Of a DNA stretch of 55,507 nucleotides, positions 1-8,001 are shown in pieces. Source of the stretch: a virus. Taxonomy: Duplodnaviria; Caudoviricetes. The stretch spans positions 1-55,507 of IMG/VR virus record IMGVR_UViG_3300036398_002854; one strand, given 5' to 3'. Position numbers and translations under genes: made by a program. Under the pieces are notes generated by a model that saw only the letters and a program-made list of their open reading frames with translations, searched no databases and was not told the origin of the DNA. Positions within the stretch are counted from its first letter, which is position 1; each line of letters opens with the position of its first letter.

Positions 1-441
1 TCCGCCTGTTCGCAACTCGAAAACCAGATGGCGGGGCTTGGCGCCCGTCTTGTGGCTGACCGCAAGAACACCGCAGGCGAGTCGTCTCAAGTTGCGGAAA
101 TGCGAAGCAAGGGCGAATCTTCGCTGCTTTACGAGATTGTTGAAAGTGCTGAGAATGGCCTGACAGATCTTTTGAAGATTTGGGTTCGTTGGAATGGCCG
201 CAACCCGCGCAACGTCGAAGTGAAGCTGAACCGCGATTTCGTTGACGCGGCGATGGAATACCGGACTTGGCTCCAGCTTGACCGCGCCCACGCCCAGGGC
301 AACATTGACGATGAGACTTACTATCGCACGCTCTTTGAAGGTGAGATGCTTCCTGCGTCCTACACCCACCAAGACGTGAAGAATCTTATTGACAACGCCC
401 CCGCGAATAGGGCCAATGCCGCAGCCGAGGCTACTCCGTAA
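1..441 (+). CDS. Portal protein, C-terminal part (DUF4055-like), truncated by window start
   Basis: Frame open from base 1; motifs GARL, AGES, VKLNRDF and GNIDDETY resemble DUF4055 portal C-termini; lies upstream of scaffold and capsid genes. Confidence 0.75.
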   Translation, partial: SACSQLENQMAGLGARLVADRKNTAGESSQVAEMRSKGESSLLYEIVESAENGLTDLLKIWVRWNGRNPRNVEVKLNRDFVDAAMEYRTWLQLDRAHAQGNIDDETYYRTLFEGEMLPASYTHQDVKNLIDNAPANRANAAAEATP

Positions 442-468
442 TTCCACGATTAGGGTCAAAAAACTTTT

Positions 469-1311
469 ATGTCTCAAAATATGATGAAGTTGGTTAACCC
501 CGAACTTCGTTTCTTGCCTATGAACATCGAATACGCTTCGACCCTTGGTTTGCCGTTCATGCAGAAAGATGCCCTCGCCAATGAAAAAGGCGTTGTCGTC
601 TGCGGCACGGCGCCTTCGCTCGTAAAAGGGTCTTCGCTGCGAGAAATCAGGCGTCTTAAATCCGTGGGCTACAAAATTGTCGCCGTTAAGCAGGCAATCC
701 GTATTCTTTCTGAATATGATATCATCCCTGATTTCTCTGTGGCGATGGACCCTGGTGAAAAGCAAATCAAAAAGACGCCTCTCGACCTAAGAGTGACTTA
801 CTTCGTCGCTTCCTCGTGCCATCCGAAAATGTTTGATTATCTTTTGAAAGGCGGAGCCAATGTGGTCGTTTTCCATTCTGCTTGCGGTGCTACGTCTGGA
901 AATCTCAGCGAAATGGATATCTATGAAAAGTTTTTTCCAGAGAATTGCAGCTACGAAAGCATAGCAAGCGGCGGCTTTACGGTCGTAAACCGCGCCATTG
1001 CCGTTTGCGAGTGGATGGGCGCCAAGCGTATCTACATCGCAGGCGCACCGTTTGGTTGGCGTGAGAGCGAAGATTACTACGCCCCGACTGTCACGGAACC
1101 GGCGAGCAACGCCACAGGCCCGACACTGGACGACAAGGCGCGAGTAGACGGCAAGCTCTGGTACACAAAGGCAGACTTGCTGCCAAGCGCCGTATCGGTT
1201 GCTCGCAAGGCGAAGGCAAATCCGAATCGGTTTTTCTTTATTGGCGACAGCCTCGCCGCTTCCCTCTCCAAGAAATCAGATGAGTTCTTGGAGAGAGTTG
1301 TTCCGCGCTAG
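469..1311 (+). CDS. DUF115 / Maf-like (MptE-like) putative glycosyltransferase
   Basis: VVVCGTAPSL...IVAVKQAIRIL...IIPDFSVAMDP...YFVASSCHP...GGFTVVNRA...IYIAG pattern of the DUF115/MAF_flag10 family. Confidence 0.7.
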   Translation: MSQNMMKLVNPELRFLPMNIEYASTLGLPFMQKDALANEKGVVVCGTAPSLVKGSSLREIRRLKSVGYKIVAVKQAIRILSEYDIIPDFSVAMDPGEKQIKKTPLDLRVTYFVASSCHPKMFDYLLKGGANVVVFHSACGATSGNLSEMDIYEKFFPENCSYESIASGGFTVVNRAIAVCEWMGAKRIYIAGAPFGWRESEDYYAPTVTEPASNATGPTLDDKARVDGKLWYTKADLLPSAVSVARKAKANPNRFFFIGDSLAASLSKKSDEFLERVVPR

Positions 1312-1472
1312 GACCGCTTTTTGGCCCGTTGTGCTTGGGCGATGTTATCCACAGCATTCGGATAAGGTCGCCCGGCCTTCTCAGCCCGTCGCTTTGCTGC
1401 CGCCTTGTCTTGCGGGCTAAGGGGTGTTGAACGCTTGCGGGGATTCTTCTTTTCCCAAAGCGGCTTGTCCAT
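1308..1472 (-). CDS. Small basic protein, 54 aa (MDKPLWEKKNPRKRSTPLSPQDKAAAKRRAEKAGRPYPNAVDNIAQAQRAKKRS); not in ORF track
   Basis: Translated by hand; ATG overlaps upstream TGA (TGATG); stop overlaps the convergent stop (CTAG); GRPYPNxVDN resembles a recurrent small phage protein family. Confidence 0.65.
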   Translation of the reverse strand: MDKPLWEKKNPRKRSTPLSPQDKAAAKRRAEKAGRPYPNAVDNIAQAQRAKKRS

Positions 1473-1852
1473 CACTTCTTCTCCTTCTTGTCGGCAGACT
1501 CCATCTGCCGAACCAACTTATTCGACCATGATTCCCCCGCCGATCCACCCCATAGGTTAATCGCGATCTGCCGCGCGCTTGGTCCGCCATCCGCAGGCTT
1601 GGCTTTGGGAGCATCGCCATGGCGGTCGAAAAACGCCTTCATGCGCTTGGCGGTTTCAGGCGATACGTCCTTGCCTGCGGCCAACGTTGCAGCACGCGCC
1701 ACGCCCGAACCGATGCCTTGCTTGCCTGCTTCAGCGGTTGTAAGCCCGCCCCGCCCATACTTTCGGCGCTGTTCCAGGCCACGCTTTGCGGCTTCGCGTA
1801 CACCTTGTGGCGGAGTAAAATCAATTTTCTCGTATTTCTTTGGCGGTGCCAT
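1472..1852 (-). CDS. Basic conserved phage protein
   Basis: GGAGG RBS before ATG at 1852; PPQGVREAAKRGLE...RMKAFFDRH...LWGG motif seen in phage head-region proteins. Confidence 0.6.
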   Translation of the reverse strand: MAPPKKYEKIDFTPPQGVREAAKRGLEQRRKYGRGGLTTAEAGKQGIGSGVARAATLAAGKDVSPETAKRMKAFFDRHGDAPKAKPADGGPSARQIAINLWGGSAGESWSNKLVRQMESADKKEKK

Positions 1853-1981
1853 CGCACTTGCCTCCAAGGGGATATTGAATTGCGCTTATACAATGGTTTA
1901 GGCATACCACGTCAACCGTGCGGCTGCGCCGCGCCCGTTTGTCGCCTCGGTTAATGGTGGCCTCCTGGGGAGTAATCCTAA

Positions 1982-2770
1982 ATGCTTATCCGTTCTCTTA
2001 TCAATCCTATCACCCGAAATGCTGACGGCGAAGGTAGTGGAGGGGCGCCAGATATTGCGGCCCTTGTCGCCGCAGAAGTGCAAAAGGTAACAGCCGGTCT
2101 TAAAAGCAAGAATGAAGAGCTTTTGAATGAAGTTAAGTCCGAACGTCAGCGCCGCGTCGAATATGAGAATCAAATTCGCAGCATGGGCAGTCAGGACGAT
2201 ATCAACAAGGCCCGTGAACTGATGGAGCGTATGCAGGCGGATGCTGACCTGCGTATGATCGTTGAGGGCGGCAAGGCTGCGTTTGAGGATGTGCTGACCC
2301 GCCGCACAAAGACGGTTGTATCTCAGGAACGTGCCGCCAAGGAAGCGGCGGAGCGGGCTGCGGCTGAGGCTGCGGCGCGGGCGGAAGCCGCACAAAACCG
2401 TTGGCGTGCGGAGCGTCTGAACTACGAAGTGACTTCTGCCGTTAGCAAGGCCAAGGCCATTCCTGAAGCGGCAGAATATATCCGAATCAAGGCAGAACAG
2501 ATGTTCGCCCTTGACGATGAGACTGGCAAGCCGCGCCTGCGTGATGGGATTGACGCGATTGACCGCAGCGGCAATCCGCACACGCTGGAGACTTGGGTTG
2601 ATTCGCTCCGCGACAGCAACCCGTTCTTCTTCGGGATGCCGTCTGGTGGTGGCGCGGGCGGCGGTAACAACGCCAACGGTCGGGCGCCCATCAAGATCAA
2701 TTCGTCCGACAGCAAGGCAATCAGCGGTAATCTAGAGGCGATTGCGGCGGGTAAGGCTGTCCTAGCGTAA
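1982..2770 (+). CDS. Capsid scaffolding protein
   Basis: Helical/coiled-coil, GLKSKNEELL, FF..PSGGGAGG linker; directly upstream of the capsid gene. Confidence 0.75.
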   Translation: MLIRSLINPITRNADGEGSGGAPDIAALVAAEVQKVTAGLKSKNEELLNEVKSERQRRVEYENQIRSMGSQDDINKARELMERMQADADLRMIVEGGKAAFEDVLTRRTKTVVSQERAAKEAAERAAAEAAARAEAAQNRWRAERLNYEVTSAVSKAKAIPEAAEYIRIKAEQMFALDDETGKPRLRDGIDAIDRSGNPHTLETWVDSLRDSNPFFFGMPSGGGAGGGNNANGRAPIKINSSDSKAISGNLEAIAAGKAVLA

Positions 2771-2779
2771 CAAATACTT

Positions 2780-2820
2780 TACCTACGGGGGTAAAAACCC
2801 CCGTAGGTATTGACTTTTTT
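2780..2820 (+). terminator. Intrinsic terminator-like hairpin after scaffold gene
   Basis: Perfect stem tacctacgggggt/acccccgtaggta followed by ttgactttttt. Confidence 0.6.
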
Positions 2821-2853
2821 GCCTAATTCCTAATAGGTAGTGAATGTTTACGT

Positions 2854-2942
2854 TTTTGACCCCTGTGGGGTTAAAAGCATTTCCCGCCGATCTTGTGGGT
2901 CGTGTGCGGTTCGCGGACACCTTCGGGTTTCAACGGCGGGGA
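2854..2942 (+). promoter_or_regulatory. Structured 5' leader of the capsid gene
   Basis: Hairpins ttttgacccc-TGT-ggggttaaaa and cgatct-TGT-gggtcg, a cUUCGg loop, and an outer cccgccg/cggcggg stem. Confidence 0.4.
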
Positions 2943-2975
2943 TGCCGCTAGACCCTAATTTCACAGGAGGCTTTG

Positions 2976-4112
2976 ATGCCCAATAGTCTTTCCAATCTTA
3001 TTCCCCGGCTTCTAGCGCGCGGTCTACTTGCTCTGCGTGAGCAGGCCGTTATGCCCCGCCTTGTGAACCTCGACTATTCGAGCGAAGGCGCGATGCGTGG
3101 CTCCACCATCGACATCCCGATCAGCAACACATTCACCGCCACCAACGTTGCTCCTAGCATGACGCCCGCTTCAGCGCAGGACAGCACCCCCGGCCTAGTG
3201 CAGATTGCCCTAGACCAGTGGAAGGAAGTGCCCTTCTTCATCACCGACAAGCAGCGTATGGAGATCATGGAGAGCGAGTCCTTCCTCCCCATGAACGTCT
3301 CCGAGACTGTTCGTGCGCTTGCCAACTCGATGGACGGCCACATCCACAACCAGTATATCGACGTGTATGGGTATGTTGGCACCGCTGGCGACACGCCGTT
3401 CAGCACCATTGCCGACGTGGTGAACGCCCGTGCGCAGCTAAACAAGCAGCTTGCTCCGATGGGCAACCGCCGTATGGTGCTGAACCCCGACGCCGAAGCG
3501 AGCCTGCTCCAGCTTCCCGCCATGTCTGACCTAGAGAAGACTGGCGACCCGGAAGTGAAGATGGAAGGTATGCTCGGGCGCAAGTTCGGGTTTGACTTCT
3601 ATCAGTCCACCAACGTCGTGACCCACACCGCCGGCACCATCGGCAGCGTGACGGTTGCTTCGACCACGGCGGCTGGCGCCACCACCCTGGACATCATCGC
3701 TTCGGTGGGCGGCACTCTGAAGAAGGGCGACGTGTTCAGCATCGCCGGTAACAGCCAGACCTACGTGGTGACTTCGGCTGATGCCACCTACTCTTCGACC
3801 AAGACCGCCATCTCCATCAGCCCGGCCCTGGTTGCCATCGCCTCCAGCGGTGCCGACGTGGCGGTTCGTGCTTCTCACGTTGTCAACCTCGCCTTCCAGC
3901 GCGAAGCCTTCGCCTTCGTGAACCGTCCGCTGGCCGGTGTTGGTGGCGGTGCTGAACTCGGCTCGATCATCTCTCAGATGACCGATCCGGTATCTGGCCT
4001 GACCATGCGTATGGAAGTGACCCGCCACAACAAGCAGGAGCGTTTCGCCGTGGACGTGCTATACGGCGCCAAGGCGATCCGCCCCGCCCTTGCTACCCGC
4101 GTCGCTGGCTAA
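2976..4112 (+). CDS. Major capsid protein (P22 coat-like, HK97 fold)
   Basis: AGGAGG RBS; LREQAVMPRLVN, GSTIDIP, LAFQREAFA, DVLYGAK motifs; strong codon bias; S/T-rich insertion domain. Confidence 0.9.
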   Translation: MPNSLSNLIPRLLARGLLALREQAVMPRLVNLDYSSEGAMRGSTIDIPISNTFTATNVAPSMTPASAQDSTPGLVQIALDQWKEVPFFITDKQRMEIMESESFLPMNVSETVRALANSMDGHIHNQYIDVYGYVGTAGDTPFSTIADVVNARAQLNKQLAPMGNRRMVLNPDAEASLLQLPAMSDLEKTGDPEVKMEGMLGRKFGFDFYQSTNVVTHTAGTIGSVTVASTTAAGATTLDIIASVGGTLKKGDVFSIAGNSQTYVVTSADATYSSTKTAISISPALVAIASSGADVAVRASHVVNLAFQREAFAFVNRPLAGVGGGAELGSIISQMTDPVSGLTMRMEVTRHNKQERFAVDVLYGAKAIRPALATRVAG

Positions 4113-4132
4113 TCGCTTCGCCTCAAAACAAG

Positions 4133-4161
4133 AAAGCCGGGCAGAAATGCCCGGCTTTTTT
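4133..4161. terminator. Bidirectional intrinsic terminator
   Basis: aaagccgggca-gaaa-tgcccggcttttt between the convergent capsid gene and tRNA. Confidence 0.8.
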
Positions 4162-4163
4162 GT

Positions 4164-4250
4164 TGGTGGAGGCGGAGGGATTTGAACCCACAAACCTTTT
4201 CAGGTAGCAGGGTTTGAGCCTGCCGCGTATGCCTGTTCCGCCACGCCTCC
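4164..4250 (-). tRNA. tRNA-Leu (CAA)
   Basis: GGAGGCG/CGCCTCC acceptor, A discriminator, encoded CCA; anticodon arm GCAGG-CTCAAAC-CCTGC; long variable arm; GGTTCAAATCC T-arm. Confidence 0.9.
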
Positions 4251-4652
4251 TTAAAGGCATTCGTATCCTCTTTCAGTGGTATAGAATACCCGCTTTATCC
4301 CGAAGTCAGTAATGCACCTAGCGCAACCCGGACAGGGTTTAGCATTGCCCAAAATAAATTTATCTCGTTTCGTGCTAGAATACTTGACCCGGTACACATA
4401 TAGGTCCGCTTTCTTCAAACTATCTACGTCCACAACACGCAAAGCATTAAAAATGGCATTTGTCTCTGCGTGCCAAAAAATAGATTCAGGGTTTTTCCCA
4501 AATTTGGCTTGGAACGGATGCGTTCGCATCTGGTTAGCACCGAACGATACGATTTCTTTGCCGCGCACGATAGCTGCCGCTATGCGTGAACTTTTAATCG
4601 GAGATACGTCTTCCGCAAGCATACGCAGTGTATTGAATATGTTCTCGTGCAT
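4251..4652 (-). CDS. Zinc-dependent cytidine/dCMP deaminase family protein
   Basis: HAE and KPCPGC zinc motifs, GIKRVFY. Confidence 0.8.
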   Translation of the reverse strand: MHENIFNTLRMLAEDVSPIKSSRIAAAIVRGKEIVSFGANQMRTHPFQAKFGKNPESIFWHAETNAIFNALRVVDVDSLKKADLYVYRVKYSSTKRDKFILGNAKPCPGCARCITDFGIKRVFYTTERGYECL

Positions 4653-4669
4653 TTTTGTGCCCCTAAGTT

Positions 4670-4746
4670 TGGTGTAAGCGGCAGGACTTGAACCTGCACC
4701 TAGCCTGTTATGAGCAGGCCGCTCTACCTAATTAAGCTACGCTTAC
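4670..4746 (-). tRNA. tRNA with CAT anticodon (elongator Met or Ile2)
   Basis: GTAAGCG/CGCTTAC acceptor, ACCA end; GCCTG-CTCATAA-CAGGC anticodon arm; GGTTCAAGTCC T-arm; paired 1:72 argues against initiator. Confidence 0.88.
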
Positions 4747-4976
4747 TCTCCGTCTTCATCGTCATCGTCAGTTGTGAAAATAAAGTATTCTCCTTGACGG
4801 AAAAGAAAAACAGCCTCCATATTCGAGACGCTATCGGTCATAACCATTCCGGCATTTCCCTCTTTATCAAGAAAAAGCGTGACGGCCTTTTCAATCCCCA
4901 TTTCCGATAGCCGTTCGGCTTGCGCCATCAACTGAGAACGGCCAGCGCCAGTCGTGCTGTTATTCTTCTTCGTCAT
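4743..4976 (-). CDS. Hypothetical protein with acidic tail
   Basis: Fills the gap in the minus-strand operon; its TAA lies within the first bases of the tRNA. Confidence 0.5.
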   Translation of the reverse strand: MTKKNNSTTGAGRSQLMAQAERLSEMGIEKAVTLFLDKEGNAGMVMTDSVSNMEAVFLFRQGEYFIFTTDDDDEDGE

Positions 4977-4985
4977 AGAGAAATA

Positions 4986-5639
4986 CTATCCTTGAAGGTC
5001 AGGGAGTTGGTTCTTTGCCCGCACATACGCTTGGATGTCGAAAGCGGCATCTCGTGCAAAAGAGTCTGCCGAGGGGTAGTCGTTAAAAATATGAAGGTCG
5101 AAAGGCTTGTTGGACAGGTTGCCTTCGCTTGAATGCTCCTTGGTGAATAGCCGCTGAAACCAATTGCGCTTCGGCTTTTCGGCTTCCAAGCTGGGGCGAC
5201 GGATTTCCACCATTGTCGCCTTCATATCTTTTTTGAGGTAGTCATACTCGTTGTCGAAACGAACATCGTCAACGACGACATTCTTACCATCCCACAAAAG
5301 AGGGCGGATTTTGGTATCAGCAACTTCAAGCCAAAAACTCTGCCCCATGCAGTTACGACCCCATTCCGTGCCAAGGGTCTGCATGGCGTGGCGGGGTGTC
5401 TTGTCAAAAAGGAAGGGGCAGTGTCGGTGCTTCTCGCTGCCCTCGATGATTTCGTCAATCTTGCACATAGGCACGCCTTGATAGGCCAAAAGGGCGCGGA
5501 GCATCGCCTTTAGGCCATCCGCCATCTTCACACGAACGAAGCCGTATTCGCGCACAAGCATGTCGGCCACGGTGCTTTTTCCCGCACCGGGATATGGGCT
5601 GTAGATGCCAACAAGATTTCCAGTTTTAAGCGGGGACAT
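4986..5639 (-). CDS. Deoxynucleoside monophosphate kinase
   Basis: P-loop GAGKST, TPRHAMQTLGTEWGR, VVVDDVRFDNE, HSSE motifs of phage dNMP kinases. Confidence 0.9.
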   Translation of the reverse strand: MSPLKTGNLVGIYSPYPGAGKSTVADMLVREYGFVRVKMADGLKAMLRALLAYQGVPMCKIDEIIEGSEKHRHCPFLFDKTPRHAMQTLGTEWGRNCMGQSFWLEVADTKIRPLLWDGKNVVVDDVRFDNEYDYLKKDMKATMVEIRRPSLEAEKPKRNWFQRLFTKEHSSEGNLSNKPFDLHIFNDYPSADSFARDAAFDIQAYVRAKNQLPDLQG

Positions 5640-6630
5640 GGTTTGCCTTCACTCTGATACGGGGTTTGCTTGTGGCGATGGCGTCGCCTCTGAACCACGC
5701 CACGCCTGCGTCGTCAACTTCAACCAACTCTGGCGGTAATAGCACACCACCACGCCAAGTCAACACCGCAAAACCGGGACGCGAATAGGACGGGCCATCT
5801 TCCGCATACTCGAAGGCAGAGTGGTCCTTGTGGGCCAGGAAGCCGCACTCCACGCCCCAGCGCCGCCCCTGGTAGTCCTCGATAGGCGAGACGGTCAGGG
5901 CGTGCGTATGGCCCGTGACGATGCTCACACCGGCTACCATGGCGTTGTTGCGAGCAGCGCCGACGCCTTGGCGCTGCTTGTGCTTGATGACCGTGTGGCC
6001 GCCTCGCACGCCACTATTGACGTGAAGGGACCAACTCATCTTCCAATTAACGAAATGGTCGGACAGGCGAAAACCTGAGATGCCCTTATAGTCTGAAGCC
6101 GTCAGCGCCAGCTTGTAGTCGAAGCGTCTGCAATGGTTGCCGATGGTGTAGAACTTCGGCATGCCGGGCGGCAGCAAAGCTTCAATGTTGGCGAGGACTT
6201 CGGTGCAGGCGTCTAATTCTTCCTTCACGCTCGGCTTGCGCTCCCAGCCAAGGGGAGGATGGCGCCCAATAGAGGCGCCGTCAAACAAGTCTCCGTTCAT
6301 CACGAAGAAGTCGGGTTTGATCTGCGGCAGAAGCGTATAGAGTGCGGATTCGGCTGCCGTTATGCCATCACCGGGCCACTTGTGGCGGTCGCTCACGATA
6401 ACAGCGCAGCCATCTTCGATCTGAAAATGCTCCCTTAGCGTATATGCGCGGTCGTGAACCGTCAAATCGTCTGTGATGGACGGCAGCACATAACCGAGGC
6501 TTTCAAGCCTGTTGCGCCTCGAATAGACGTTGCGGACATGAATGCCGAGGGCCTTTGCAACTTGGTTTGGCGAGAAACCGCTTTCGACCCAAGTGCGGAT
6601 GAAGTCGTTAGCGGAAGTTACCACTTGCAA
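5626..6630 (-). CDS. Calcineurin-like metallophosphoesterase with N-terminal HTH-like region
   Basis: SDRH, NGDLFD, GNH, GHTH motifs. Confidence 0.8.
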   Translation of the reverse strand: MQVVTSANDFIRTWVESGFSPNQVAKALGIHVRNVYSRRNRLESLGYVLPSITDDLTVHDRAYTLREHFQIEDGCAVIVSDRHKWPGDGITAAESALYTLLPQIKPDFFVMNGDLFDGASIGRHPPLGWERKPSVKEELDACTEVLANIEALLPPGMPKFYTIGNHCRRFDYKLALTASDYKGISGFRLSDHFVNWKMSWSLHVNSGVRGGHTVIKHKQRQGVGAARNNAMVAGVSIVTGHTHALTVSPIEDYQGRRWGVECGFLAHKDHSAFEYAEDGPSYSRPGFAVLTWRGGVLLPPELVEVDDAGVAWFRGDAIATSKPRIRVKANHVPA

Positions 6631-6812
6631 ACCTTTTGGCCTGTCAGGTTATGGGCCAAAATCTGCTTTGCGGTTTCATTCGTAAACGCGTCTTGCTTCG
6701 ACACGTAGATGGGCCTCCAAGGCCCACACGCATCAATCCCGGCGCCAGTCTTGGCGCAGCCTGTCAACAGCACTACTGCCAGAAGTGGTGCCCATCTTAC
6801 GGTCGATTTCAT
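6618..6812 (-). CDS. o-spanin (Rz1-like lipoprotein)
   Basis: Signal peptide with lipobox LLTGC; overlaps the 3' end of the Rz-like gene. Confidence 0.75.
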   Translation of the reverse strand: MKSTVRWAPLLAVVLLTGCAKTGAGIDACGPWRPIYVSKQDAFTNETAKQILAHNLTGQKVCKW

Positions 6813-6987
6813 CCCGCGTTCTCCGTGTCTCTATGTCGCTCGCCAATGCCCTTTGCTTTTCCGATTCAATGCCGCTGCGCCTGCCCTTGAGATATGCAGA
6901 TGCAAAAAGCATAGCGGCGCCGAAGATTGCAAGAAAAAAGCGACCAACCTTGGAAGAAAAAAATGAGACAGCGTTCAGAAGCATCAT
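6733..6987 (-). CDS. i-spanin (Rz-like)
   Basis: ATG overlaps endolysin TGA; N-terminal TM helix then charged helix. Confidence 0.7.
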   Translation of the reverse strand: MMLLNAVSFFSSKVGRFFLAIFGAAMLFASAYLKGRRSGIESEKQRALASDIETRRTRDEIDRKMGTTSGSSAVDRLRQDWRRD

Positions 6988-7682
6988 TCTTTCCGTGCCC
7001 GCCAAATAATGACGCCAACCAGCGCCACAAGGATAAGGCCACCAACGATCCAAGGCGACATACCGCCCATGATTCGGATGACAGGTTCGGCTTCTGAGAG
7101 CGCCGTGCCTGCGGCGCTGATCGTAGCGACGGTAGCAGCACCCTTGGCAGTATTGGAGGATAGGGCGGTGGAGAGGCCCGCCGTTGCTTCTGAGACTTCT
7201 TCGCCAGTTGTGCTGGATACAAAATTGCCTCGCGCCCACAGGCCCGCTTCGGCTGCGCGGCGATTTACCAATCCAGGCACAACGGCGCCCTTCACCTTGT
7301 TCCAACGCGCCAATTCTTTTGGCACGCTTTCATAGTCGCCTGCGTTCAGTTTCTTGATAAGCGTAGACTTCTGCGCCGCGCTAATGCCGACGTTGAAGCA
7401 CCATGAAACGAGGGCGCCATACTGCCCGTCGGTCAAATCGACTGAGACCATTTCTGAAATTGCTTTTTCGTAGATGGCCAAGTCGGAGCGAAGCAGCTTT
7501 GCGGCACGGGCTTCCGTGATCTTGGTCCCACGCTTCATAAGTGACTTGGTGGCGGTATGCCCATAGCCAATCGTATCCACGCCTGCGGGGCATTTGTATG
7601 GCTCAGCGCGAAAGCCTTCCCACCGCTTGATGAGGTCTACGGTTTCTTGGTTGACTTTGCGAACCGTCATGTCGTTCTCCAT
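6984..7682 (-). CDS. Endolysin, GH24 lysozyme with hydrophobic C-terminal extension
   Basis: IKRWEG...PYKCPAGVDTIGYGHT, ALVSWCFNVG, GLVNRRAAEA; C-terminal TM-like segment. Confidence 0.92.
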   Translation of the reverse strand: MENDMTVRKVNQETVDLIKRWEGFRAEPYKCPAGVDTIGYGHTATKSLMKRGTKITEARAAKLLRSDLAIYEKAISEMVSVDLTDGQYGALVSWCFNVGISAAQKSTLIKKLNAGDYESVPKELARWNKVKGAVVPGLVNRRAAEAGLWARGNFVSSTTGEEVSEATAGLSTALSSNTAKGAATVATISAAGTALSEAEPVIRIMGGMSPWIVGGLILVALVGVIIWRARKE

Positions 7683-7685
7683 AAA

Positions 7686-7991
7686 TTAGACGTTCTTGAT
7701 CGACTTGCCTTCGGCATACTTGGCAACGGCGATGTCGATAAGGCGCGGCCCGGTATACGAGATGGCGATGATGACTGCAAAATTAGAAAAACCAGTCAAG
7801 CCGAAGGCGTCGGCAATGCCTTTGCCGACAACACCCATGCCAATAGCCATAGGGATTTCCCACAGCAAGCACAAGCCTGCGGGGCGCTTGGCAGCCATGG
7901 CCAACGCCAACATGCGGCCCAACATGCCCATGCCACCAGCCACGGCGCCTTGGGAGGCCAATTCACGGACTGTCCATTCATCTAGCGCCAT
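7686..7991 (-). CDS. Holin
   Basis: About 100 aa, 2-3 hydrophobic segments, directly upstream of endolysin. Confidence 0.7.
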   Translation of the reverse strand: MALDEWTVRELASQGAVAGGMGMLGRMLALAMAAKRPAGLCLLWEIPMAIGMGVVGKGIADAFGLTGFSNFAVIIAISYTGPRLIDIAVAKYAEGKSIKNV

Positions 7992-8001
7992 GTTGGCCCC
8001 C

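Noticed and set aside
4164-4250. UCA suppressor/Sec tRNA and stop-codon recoding
   Set aside because: The 7-nt loop CUCAAAC centres on CAA, and genes end normally at TGA, TAG and TAA
4164-4746. tRNAs as prophage attachment sites
   Set aside because: No integrase, no duplicated tRNA 3' end seen, and phage genes on both sides
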